This document shows positions 10,633-19,145 of a DNA stretch of 56,137 bases, in pieces. The notes under the pieces were generated by a model. That model saw only the letters and a list, made by a program, of their open reading frames with translations. It had not been told where the DNA came from and ran no database searches. The translations under genes and the position numbers were made by a program. Within the stretch, counting starts at the first letter, position 1. Each line of letters begins with the position of its first letter. The DNA is from Nitrososphaerales archaeon (lineage in GTDB: Archaea; Thermoproteota; Nitrososphaeria; Nitrososphaerales; JACAEJ01): positions 1 through 56,137 of the forward strand of contig JAVZMU010000002.1 in NCBI GenBank assembly GCA_038883135.1, in the 5' to 3' direction.

Positions 10633-11122
10633 TTGATTAACAAAACAAATCTGTTATCACTTAAATTGGATTATTTGTCTTTTTCAATTAGGAATCTGGT
10701 TATGAGGGACTGAAAAAGGTTTAACGATCCATCTATTCTATGTATCCATTACTAAATCTTGCTTTAAGCTCTTTCTTTTTAACGAATTTATTATATATAT
10801 TTAGAAGTAATAATGTGAACAGTATAACAAACCTAATTGAAGATAGAAGTTACTAAGCCCATTGAATTTCTATAATAAGCATAAGGCTTCTATACATTAA
10901 CTTTTTAGTTGAATCATTGGAATTAGCTCTCCTTTTCAATTCTAAATTAAACCAAAATAGATCATGCTAAAAATAGAATGCTTAATATTAAAAAATGAAA
11001 TCAGTAGTAAGAAAACTATAACTATAAGATCTTACAATGAGTTTCTGCTTCTTACTATATTCTTTCTTAGCCTACTTAATAAAATCGTTTTTCAAGTTTC
11101 ATCCTATTGCTCCTACGAAAAT

Positions 11123-12412
11123 TTACATAGACACTTTAGTTGCATATCCTTCTTTACCAAAGAAAGAATCTACTGCCTTTTCGACTCTTAATCTATACTC
11201 AGGTTGTGTATATATTCTTATTACGTCCATGTATCCTGTAATGGCTCCTATTAACGCAAGTTTCTTTATGGGAATTATCTCATGACGCTTTCCTTCCATA
11301 GTTTTATAGACTAAGGTTATAGATGATAAAGATTGGCGTGAGGATGTATAAGGGACAGATGGTGTTGTCGGTACATCAAAAAATATTAAATCAGAATCTA
11401 CATTAGCCTCCTTAGCAATTTCTATTGCTATTTTATCCCTTATGCTTTTTTGGTTAAGAATTCTTTCTAGAAATCTATCTTCCCTTTGAACTATCTTCTC
11501 AAATACGCACTTTATCAGCTTTCTATCCCTATAGCCTATAGCAAGCTGCTTAGCTCTACTCAACTCTTTACTCTTAGGCTCTAAATTAATGAGTTTTAAA
11601 AGGGTTAACTCATCTGTGAGTTGAAGATAATTTTTCAAATCCTTAACATCAGTAAGGTTTAATTCATCATCAGCAAAGATTATGGAACGAGCCAACATTG
11701 CTTGAGCTGCTCTTACTGTTTTATGGAAGTATACAGCTTTGAACATTTCATAACGAGCTATTGTAAAGGCTTCAAAAGCGTAAAGAGCAGCTTGATCTAT
11801 AGCCAGTTTTTCATCTATAATTTCAAATGAATCGATAATCCTATGAACATCTACCTTACCATATTCTACACCAGTAAAGTAAGAATCTCGAAGAAGATAA
11901 TCCATTATATCAACACTCAAACCTCCTGCAATTATCTCATTCATGAATTTAGGCTTCTTCGATGACAATCCTAAAGCTAATTCAGATATTTCCTTAGAGT
12001 CAAAGCCATTCTTCTCTATTATATCTTTAATCTCGGTCTCTTTTATGATTCTTTTTGAAATATCCTCATGGGTTATATTCCTCTTTTCTGTTAAAGCTTC
12101 TTCAAAAAGATGAGAAAAAGGACCATGACCAATGTCATGTAGTAGAGCAGATAATCTTAATTCTTGAATATCGTCATCTAAAACATGAATTTTAGATGAA
12201 AGAGAAGAACCAACTAAACCAGCAAGATACATTGCTCCTAAAGAGTGTTCAAAACGAGTGTGCTGAGCGCCAGGATAAGTTAGATTTGCTCCTGCAAGTT
12301 GTTTAATTCTTCTTAATCTTTGAAAGACGTTCGTATCTATTATTTCTCTTTCTACATCTGTTATATGTATATATCCATGCACAGGATCCCTTATTTCAGC
12401 TACAAACTTCAA
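11123..12412 (-). CDS. SAMHD1-like HD-domain dNTP triphosphohydrolase family protein
   Basis: IRDPVHGYIHITDVEREIIDTNVFQRLRRIKQLAG..YPGAQHTRFEHSLGAMYLAG and LLHDIGHGPFSH motifs. Confidence 0.85.
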   Translation of the reverse strand: MKFVAEIRDPVHGYIHITDVEREIIDTNVFQRLRRIKQLAGANLTYPGAQHTRFEHSLGAMYLAGLVGSSLSSKIHVLDDDIQELRLSALLHDIGHGPFSHLFEEALTEKRNITHEDISKRIIKETEIKDIIEKNGFDSKEISELALGLSSKKPKFMNEIIAGGLSVDIMDYLLRDSYFTGVEYGKVDVHRIIDSFEIIDEKLAIDQAALYAFEAFTIARYEMFKAVYFHKTVRAAQAMLARSIIFADDELNLTDVKDLKNYLQLTDELTLLKLINLEPKSKELSRAKQLAIGYRDRKLIKCVFEKIVQREDRFLERILNQKSIRDKIAIEIAKEANVDSDLIFFDVPTTPSVPYTSSRQSLSSITLVYKTMEGKRHEIIPIKKLALIGAITGYMDVIRIYTQPEYRLRVEKAVDSFFGKEGYATKVSM

Positions 12413-12943
12413 TTTAACATTAATATTTATGCTATGGATATATAAATAGTCTAAATTCTAAAGGATATCATGAAGCTAAAAGCAAAAAGACGATAGAATT
12501 CGCATTAAAGAGATCATCATTAATGCTTATGAAAAGTCCATTAAGAAGGTTTAGAAAAATCTTTTTCTCATAACAATGGAAGAAGAGTATGAGGAGTCAA
12601 AAGATATTCTTGGATGTATTATAGATTTAGTATGAAAAGAGAAAAAACAAAATGAATAATGTAATGAGGAATGAATTGGGAGTTTCCCAAAGTATTTTAA
12701 CAGAATACAAGGAGAAGCAGTGTAAATTATTTAATAGGATATTATATTTTGAGGATTCAAACGATACAAGAAGATGTTTAATTAAACCGATGAGGTAAGA
12801 AAAATTATTACATTTGATTAACTTAAGAATTTTCATTCTCTCCGATGAAAAATATGGTTAGAATCATAAAAAATTATTTTAATAATGGTATTATTGGAAA
12901 AGCTAAAATAAAGATTCTGATGGAATGCCTTCTTTATCAAGTG

Positions 12944-13573
12944 TTATAAAATAGGATAAATAGAATCGTCAATCACTGCAGACATCACAGCTTCTTTTGA
13001 CTTCCAAATAGTTGATGCAAAGGCAGATACTAGCAGATCACCTTCTGCAAGTGGGAACTCTTTACTTAATTTCCTAGCCAATGGTGGAAACAAAGTCGAA
13101 AAATCTTTGTAAACTTTAGGAATGACAAGCTTTCCTCTCTCGTAAGAGATTAGTATACATGAAGAAGCACCTGCTCTTACAGCTTTATCCCTTAGCGTCA
13201 AAACGTTAAAGTTTTTCCTCCGAGATAATTGCGCAATTGCACAACATCTATCCAAATTCATGAAGTCAAAATTAAAGTTCCTAATACTTTTAATTCCTGT
13301 TTTTTCAAATATTTCCGATAAAATATTTATGCCTATATCTGTTAATTTTACGCCTTTTTTTGTCACTTGAACAATACCTAAATTTTTGAGATGGGACAAA
13401 GTCCCTCTTGTAATGCCTTCTGGAAGCTCTAGTTCATCCGCTATTTTATAGCGACCCACAGGTCCTTCATCCTTTATCAAGAGAAATAAAGTTGCAATTT
13501 TGGGAAACTTGATCTTATGTCTACGCATAATATTGTAGATAGAATCATTAAGTTTAAAAGAACGATCCCACAT
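12944..13573 (-). CDS. Winged-helix transcriptional regulator with an uncharacterised C-terminal domain
   Basis: The N-terminal GPVGRYKIADELELPEGITRGTLSHLKNLGIVQVTKKGVKLT is wHTH-like. Divergent from the corrinoid protein gene. Confidence 0.55.
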   Translation of the reverse strand: MWDRSFKLNDSIYNIMRRHKIKFPKIATLFLLIKDEGPVGRYKIADELELPEGITRGTLSHLKNLGIVQVTKKGVKLTDIGINILSEIFEKTGIKSIRNFNFDFMNLDRCCAIAQLSRRKNFNVLTLRDKAVRAGASSCILISYERGKLVIPKVYKDFSTLFPPLARKLSKEFPLAEGDLLVSAFASTIWKSKEAVMSAVIDDSIYPIL

Positions 13574-13770
13574 ATTTGACCCTCCATGATTATAGAATCA
13601 CAGGAAAATAAACATAACGTAATTCTATGCTGTTAGAATAATCATCTAAAATGCTTAATAAGACTGATAATGATGTAAAGAATCATAAGAGAAATTGACA
13701 GAATAATTCTCATTAAATATACATAAATTTAATATATTAGTGATTACTCGATAAATTGGAGTGGGTTTAG

Positions 13771-14490
13771 ATGAGCCAAAGAGAAGAGATTTTAAAAAAG
13801 TTAGCTGATGGGGTTATTCTGGGCGATCCAGAAGCTACACAGAAGGCAGCAGAAGAATGGGCAAAATTAGTCAAAGATGGAAAGGAGCAGGCTTATGTAG
13901 GCATAGTAGATGGTTTGGCAGCAGGTATGGAAATAGTTGGTAAGAAATATGAGTGTAAAGAATACTTCTTGCCAGAAGTTCTTTCATCAGCTGATGCTAT
14001 GTATGCTGGTCTCAACGTTCTACTACCGCTTATACCAAAGTCTGAAGCTAAAGCCAAAGGAACGATAGTTATAGGAGTAGTAGAAGGAGATGTACATGAT
14101 ATAGGCAAGAATATAGTCAAGGCGATGCTTACAGCAGCTGGTTATGATGTAGTAGATTTAGGAAGAGATGTACCATCAAAAGAATTTGTTCAAACAGCTC
14201 AGAAAGAAGGCGCACAAGTAATAGCTATGTCAACTTTAATGACACCTACACTTCTATCTATGAAAGAAGTTGAGGATAAGTTAAAGACTGTTGGACTAAA
14301 GGACAGAGTTAAGACTATTATTGGAGGCGGTACAGTAACTGAAGAATGGAGAAGGGAGATAGGATCAGATGCTTATGGAAAAGATGCAATGGAAGCTGTT
14401 GACAAAGTAAAGATGTTGATAGACCAAATAATGGGCGCTGTCAAGGCTATGAAAAAGGAAGAAGAAGAAAGACAGAAAACACAAAGTTAA
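13771..14490 (+). CDS. Cobalamin-binding corrinoid protein (MtmC/MtbC/MttC-like), no cognate substrate methyltransferase adjacent
   Basis: B12-binding cap plus Rossmann domain with the DxHxxG motif (GDVHDIGKNIV) and GYDVVDLGRDVP. Lys/Glu-rich tail. Confidence 0.85.
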   Translation: MSQREEILKKLADGVILGDPEATQKAAEEWAKLVKDGKEQAYVGIVDGLAAGMEIVGKKYECKEYFLPEVLSSADAMYAGLNVLLPLIPKSEAKAKGTIVIGVVEGDVHDIGKNIVKAMLTAAGYDVVDLGRDVPSKEFVQTAQKEGAQVIAMSTLMTPTLLSMKEVEDKLKTVGLKDRVKTIIGGGTVTEEWRREIGSDAYGKDAMEAVDKVKMLIDQIMGAVKAMKKEEEERQKTQS

Positions 14491-14508
14491 CAGTTCAGAC
14501 AAAATATC

Positions 14509-14523
14509 TTTTTTTTAAAAAAA
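14509..14523. terminator. Bidirectional oligo-T terminator between convergent genes
   Basis: A T8 run immediately followed by A7 (T7 on the other strand), exactly between the stop at 14490 (+) and the stop at 14535 (-). Confidence 0.5.
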
Positions 14524-14534
14524 GAATAGGGAGT

Positions 14535-15572
14535 TTACGTTTTTACCCCATACTTCTTAGTAGCTTCTACCATAGCTTTTATGTTTGCTGTTGGAGTTCT
14601 AGGAGCAAAACCACAACCTGGCTCAACGAAATCAACACCACTAGCGATTGCTACCTTCACCTCAGCTTCAACCTCTTCAGGTTTACCGAATAGTAAAGTA
14701 CGCTTTGAATTTATATTACCCAATATCTTCACATTACCTACGAGAGGTTTTATCTTAGCTATATTCACAGATTCTTCAATACTTATTCCATGATAACCAC
14801 ATTCTGCCATATCAGGGACTATAGCTTCAGCTTTTCCACATATATGTAAAAGTTTAAATCCATCGAGACTATCAGCCACTTCGATTAATGCAGGTTTAGC
14901 AAACTGTCTGAAAGCATCTGGACTTATTAGATCAGGAGAGGCGGTTGGATCACCGATTTGAACGATATGGGAACCTGCTTTATATTGTGCTTTAGCATAT
15001 TCTATAATGAACTCAGTTGCAAAATCTACGAAAGCCCTTACATAATTAGGCTTTTTCAATACCCATGTTAAAAATCTAGCTTCTCCAGCTAACATAGCTG
15101 CAAGAGTAAAAGGACCAAGAGCAAGACTCGAAATAGGTAGAAAATCACCAACCCTCTCTTTTAATATTTCTATTGCCTTTAATACAACTGGTATTCTTCC
15201 CAGTTCGAGTATGTTATCAGGCATTTTAAGTTCTTCAGGTGTACTAAAGACATGCTCAACGACTGCAGGAACAGAATCTACTTTTTCACCAAACTTTATC
15301 TTACACCCAAGAGCTTCAGGTTCTTCTACAAAATCAAAGGGAACCCTTACACATTCTAGTCCGGTAATTTCATAGCTTGCTATAGCAAGCTTAGCCATCT
15401 TCTCAGGGTCTTTATGAGCTTCTGGCCAATAAATTCCTGTAGCTTCTTGCATTTCTACATTTACTGTCCCTCCACAGCCTGCAAGGGACGTAGCAGGTAT
15501 TCTATCTACTTTCTCTCCTTTTAGTATTTTAAATGCTCTTTCTTTAGGAGTAAGTTCAACCATTTTTATCAC
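14535..15572 (-). CDS. mtaA: Methylcobamide:CoM methyltransferase family protein (MtaA/MtbA, uroporphyrinogen-decarboxylase fold)
   Basis: N-terminus LTPKERAFKILKGEKVDRIP. Zn-ligand motifs LLHICGK and VEPGCGFAP. Last gene of the mtaB-mtaC-mtaA string. Confidence 0.85.
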   Translation of the reverse strand: MIKMVELTPKERAFKILKGEKVDRIPATSLAGCGGTVNVEMQEATGIYWPEAHKDPEKMAKLAIASYEITGLECVRVPFDFVEEPEALGCKIKFGEKVDSVPAVVEHVFSTPEELKMPDNILELGRIPVVLKAIEILKERVGDFLPISSLALGPFTLAAMLAGEARFLTWVLKKPNYVRAFVDFATEFIIEYAKAQYKAGSHIVQIGDPTASPDLISPDAFRQFAKPALIEVADSLDGFKLLHICGKAEAIVPDMAECGYHGISIEESVNIAKIKPLVGNVKILGNINSKRTLLFGKPEEVEAEVKVAIASGVDFVEPGCGFAPRTPTANIKAMVEATKKYGVKT

Positions 15573-15684
15573 CCATTTTTGTTAAATGTGTTAGAATATT
15601 CAGATACACATAAAGTTTTTGCATTAAATTAAAATAAGGTTTTTAAAATAAAAAATGTGGGCATAGCGAAATTCGCTATGCTTT

Positions 15685-16506
15685 TTACCAACCTTTACCT
15701 GTAGAGTACTCTCCGACTACTTCGTTGTACTTTACTCTGAGATCTTTCCAGCCCATGCCTTTGAGGATAGCATCTGCGAGCTTTGGTGCGTGGTGGGCTT
15801 TAGCTCCGAAGAACCCAAGATCAAAGGATTCTACCCATTCCTTTGATAAGGCTCCTCCACCACAACCGAATGGAATATCTATACCTGCTGCTTTAAGCTT
15901 TTCAGCTATCTTTGGAAAAGCAGACATGGTAGTTGTCATGAGGGCTGTTCCTGTGAGCCATATAGGCTTCTCTTTCTTAACTGTATCTACTACTGTCTCT
16001 ATAGGTACATCTCTTCCTAGATCAACTACATCATAACCAGCTGCTCTTAAGAACATCACGACTAGGTTCTTTCCTATGTCGTGGGGATCGCCCTCAGCAA
16101 CGTGACAAACTACCTTGCCCTTCTTTTCTGTTGACTTTCCTAATGCCTTCTCACACTCAGCAATACCAGCCATCATAGCATCAGCTGATACCATAACGTT
16201 TGGTAGGAAGTATGTACCACTTGAATAAAGTGCACCTACTGCATCCATACCTTTAGCTAATCCCTTCTCTATTATATCAAGTGGCTTTATCGTTCTTAAT
16301 GCATCCTTAACCTTTGATATAACTAAGTCTGTATCTCCTTTTACTACCGCTAATGCAAGTGATTTGTATGGCTCTTCTTTTGGTACAGCACCTTTTACCT
16401 CTGGTGTCTCTTCAACTGGTATCGCAGGACCTTCTAGCTCTACGTTGTAGCGTCTAAATATGAAATCTGTATTTTTTATTTTTGGAAGTACCATTTTCTT
16501 TTTCAC
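15685..16506 (-). CDS. mtaC: Methanol corrinoid protein MtaC
   Basis: DxHxxG motif (GDPHDIGKNLV) and GYDVVDLGRDVP. Lies 3 nt downstream of mtaB. Confidence 0.85.
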   Translation of the reverse strand: MKKKMVLPKIKNTDFIFRRYNVELEGPAIPVEETPEVKGAVPKEEPYKSLALAVVKGDTDLVISKVKDALRTIKPLDIIEKGLAKGMDAVGALYSSGTYFLPNVMVSADAMMAGIAECEKALGKSTEKKGKVVCHVAEGDPHDIGKNLVVMFLRAAGYDVVDLGRDVPIETVVDTVKKEKPIWLTGTALMTTTMSAFPKIAEKLKAAGIDIPFGCGGGALSKEWVESFDLGFFGAKAHHAPKLADAILKGMGWKDLRVKYNEVVGEYSTGKGW

Positions 16507-16509
16507 CTC

Positions 16510-17913
16510 TTATAACCCATAGTTCTCTGGCTTAAAGTTAGGCACCTTTCTCTTGTAGTCTGCTATGCATTTCTCGACCCATCTTGGTGTCTCTGTTGTC
16601 ATAGCTTCGAGCTCAGCCATTGCTCTCTCAAGAGAGTCAAGCTCAAAGCGTGTCAAAACGACTTCTCTCTTCTCATGAGCTTCCTTCATTATCTTACCAG
16701 CTTCTAAGGCAGCTGCCCTAGCCCTCAAATATATATCCTTACCATACTCGACTAAGGCTTTTCCAATCCTCCAAGCATTGTCATATGATAGACAATAACC
16801 TTGTGGGTCTCTATATCTATCTGTAAGAGTGTATAAGTCTCTTAGAACTTTTGCTTGGCCTGTCTGAATAGCAGTATTCATTAAGGCTGCCTCCATAGCT
16901 GTTGCTTGAAGCCAGACTGCAGGAGTAGTTCCTCCAAACTCAGAGTGATACTCCACAGACTCATTGCTCCAAACATCACATACTGCAGCAATAGTGTTGC
17001 CCATTACATCACCATGGGCACATACAGCTTGCTTACCCTCTTGTGCACCAGGTCTACCTGATACAGCCTTCACAATAGGTCCTTCATAAGCACAATCCTT
17101 ATGAGGACCTACAGCACCACACTCATATGCTACTAGTGTTCTTGCAGCAGCTATTGCCCTACCCAGCATGGCTATTGTATGTGGAAAGTCGTGAGCTGTT
17201 AAGCCTCCTGCTACGAACATTAAAGTATTGGCACCACTGCAGTTAGTCTCTCCACCTGGATTTGTTGAATACTTGCTACATATTTTTACATTCCTATCCC
17301 AAACATACTCCATGTCTATGCTACCAAGGTATCCTATACCGAATAGGATTGCACGAATATCCTGCCTCATACATCCATAGTCAACTACTTCCTTGCCACC
17401 CATTGTCTCCATACATATGTCACTTGCACCATTCTTACAACACTCCTCAACAGTCTCAGCTATACGTCTATCATACTCTGAACCTAGAGCTTCGCGAAGA
17501 CCTCCTGGCTTTTCTGCAACTCTAATATCACCAACGGTCTGCCTTAGAGCTGCCTTCATTCCATACTTGCTCACATATTCTTCAATTATAGATGCTTGAA
17601 GGGCTGTTATCTCCCCTGCCCACTTTGGATTGTAAGTTTGCTGGAATACATGCTCTTGTTCAATCATGAAGAAAGGTATACCTATAGCAGCTGCTCTATC
17701 ACATGCATCTCTTGTTATCTTCTCATGTTCTGCCTTTAGTTTTTCCAAAGAATCTCCAGTTCCAGGTCTTGGTGCAACCTTAACCTCAGGGACTACGTAT
17801 CCTGCACCAAATTGTATGTTCCAATTCTTACAAAATACTGGATAAATTGCGTGTCCGAAAACCATGTCGTCAGGATCTGCATACGCCATTTTAGTATATC
17901 TGAATTTAACCAT
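16510..17913 (-). CDS. mtaB: Methanol:corrinoid methyltransferase MtaB
   Basis: Colinear with Methanosarcina MtaB as I recall it (MVKFRYTKMAYADPDDM..., GAGYVVPEV, SIDMEYVWD, VAYECGAVGPHKDCAYEG, FGGTT, KPENYGL). The track start at 17940 is TTG, and ATG at 17913 fits the homologous N-terminus. Confidence 0.92.
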   Translation of the reverse strand: MVKFRYTKMAYADPDDMVFGHAIYPVFCKNWNIQFGAGYVVPEVKVAPRPGTGDSLEKLKAEHEKITRDACDRAAAIGIPFFMIEQEHVFQQTYNPKWAGEITALQASIIEEYVSKYGMKAALRQTVGDIRVAEKPGGLREALGSEYDRRIAETVEECCKNGASDICMETMGGKEVVDYGCMRQDIRAILFGIGYLGSIDMEYVWDRNVKICSKYSTNPGGETNCSGANTLMFVAGGLTAHDFPHTIAMLGRAIAAARTLVAYECGAVGPHKDCAYEGPIVKAVSGRPGAQEGKQAVCAHGDVMGNTIAAVCDVWSNESVEYHSEFGGTTPAVWLQATAMEAALMNTAIQTGQAKVLRDLYTLTDRYRDPQGYCLSYDNAWRIGKALVEYGKDIYLRARAAALEAGKIMKEAHEKREVVLTRFELDSLERAMAELEAMTTETPRWVEKCIADYKRKVPNFKPENYGL

Positions 17914-17961
17914 TTTTGATCGTAATACAATATAGAGCAATAATACTTAAGGTTTATGGGT

Positions 17962-17999
17962 ATTTTTTCCTATATTTTTTAAAAAATATAGGAAAAAAT
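17962..17999. promoter_or_regulatory. Perfect 38-bp palindrome upstream of mtaB
   Basis: ATTTTTTCCTATATTTTTT|AAAAAATATAGGAAAAAAT. I checked it base by base as 19+19 with no mismatch. Its centre is 67 nt upstream of the mtaB ATG. Confidence 0.6.
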
Positions 18000-18073
18000 T
18001 AGAATGTAAAATAGGATTTATCTGATTAGTGATTGGAAAAAGAAATTTTTATGGTCTATTTATCACTCTTAGC

Positions 18074-18523
18074 TTATATTATGTGAGTCATTTTCAACAT
18101 CATTTTTTCTTTAACCTTCTTGTTTATTATGTTAAGGTATCCACTCTTCTTAAGCTTCTTAACTAATTTATATAAAGTATCATAATACATATTAAAGGTT
18201 TTAGTTAATTCTAAGATAGATATATTTAATTGTAGCATAAATGCTACAAAAAACCAAACTTTTAATGGTACTCTAGATCTATAAAATATAGTTCCTGTCT
18301 TATCGTTGAATACGTAGCCACATCCTTTGCATAAATACTTTTGATATAAACCATAGTTTCCATACCTTATTATACCCTTAGATGAACAAGATGGGCATGT
18401 TATGCCATTAGGCCACTTTATTTCCCTTAAAATAGCTATACAATCTTCCTCTGTAAGTATAAAAGATTCAATGGTTAACATTAAGCTGGAAAAGTTATGA
18501 AGAATATTATGAGAATATGTCAA
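18074..18523 (-). CDS. IS1595-type transposase N-terminal zinc-ribbon/HTH module, no DDE domain
   Basis: EEDCIAILREIKWPNGITCPSCSS...YLCKGCGYVFNDKTGTIFYRSRVPLKVWFFV matches the N-terminal module of IS1595/ISXO2-like transposases. The ORF ends after about 149 aa. Confidence 0.65.
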   Translation of the reverse strand: MTYSHNILHNFSSLMLTIESFILTEEDCIAILREIKWPNGITCPSCSSKGIIRYGNYGLYQKYLCKGCGYVFNDKTGTIFYRSRVPLKVWFFVAFMLQLNISILELTKTFNMYYDTLYKLVKKLKKSGYLNIINKKVKEKMMLKMTHII

Positions 18524-18571
18524 TAAAAATTAATTTTATGCTAAATGATAATTAACTAATAGAAAAGATTG

Positions 18572-18988
18572 CTATCCCTTCATTTCTCTCATAAACTCAT
18601 CAAAGACAGATTTTACTCTCTCAGCTGCTAATCCACTCCCCTCTACTCCTTGCTCTGTTACCTTTATCTTATCCATGACGATTATGGATCTAATATCCTC
18701 TCTCAGCTTGACCATGCCTGGAAAGACTTTATTTAGCCTTTCAGCAAGAGCTTTCAGATCGAATGGCTTCTCAACTAATCTTATCTCTTTTATGAAACTA
18801 TTGTTCAAGACTATTTTGTAGAATTTATCTCCAGCTCCTATCACATTGTTTAATATGATGTTAAGCCTCTCATCTATACCAACCAACTCTCCTTCATATA
18901 CTCTACCTTCAACAGTCTCTGCAATAACCCTTCTCCCTATCATAGAAACAAGCTCTTCACTAAACCTCTTGTAAGCTATAGATGACAG
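18572..18988 (-). CDS. Sm-like (LSm) protein with a C-terminal extension domain
   Basis: Sm1/Sm2-like GRRVIAETVEGRVYEGELVGIDERLNIILNNV. The track start is ATG at 18943. I extend to an in-frame CTG at 18988, which lies 5 nt after GGGGGAG. This N-terminus is uncertain. Confidence 0.7.
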   Translation of the reverse strand: MSSIAYKRFSEELVSMIGRRVIAETVEGRVYEGELVGIDERLNIILNNVIGAGDKFYKIVLNNSFIKEIRLVEKPFDLKALAERLNKVFPGMVKLREDIRSIIVMDKIKVTEQGVEGSGLAAERVKSVFDEFMREMKG

Positions 18989-19145
18989 TTTTTCTCCCCC
19001 TTTCTTCTTACTTTATCTATAGATAAAAACTATATGGAAATAAAGGAAGCTTATTTAATCATAAAATTATAGCAAAATAGAGTCTATTGGGAGTAGCTCA
19101 TATTCATCGTTATTAAAAAGTTAGAATTTAGTTTTAATAAAAAAG

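Noticed and set aside
10964-11285. Two overlapping + strand ORFs (75 and 82 aa)
   Set aside because: They run into, and are antisense to, the 3' end of the HD-domain gene. Their AT-driven hydrophobic low-complexity products have no start context.
12627-12836. 69-aa minus-strand ORF in the spacer between the HD gene and the wHTH regulator
   Set aside because: The sequence is Leu/Ile/Phe/Asn-rich, as expected from AT-rich non-coding DNA. There is no SD or recognisable domain. I cannot exclude a small membrane protein, but I cannot support one either.
13574-13770. Repeated AGAAT/ATTCT half-sites (ATTCTA-n6-TAGAAT, AGAAT-a-ATTCT) in the divergent promoter between the wHTH regulator and the corrinoid protein, considered as operator sites
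   Set aside because: The arms are only 5-6 bp in very AT-rich DNA. This is not distinguishable from background without genome-wide statistics.
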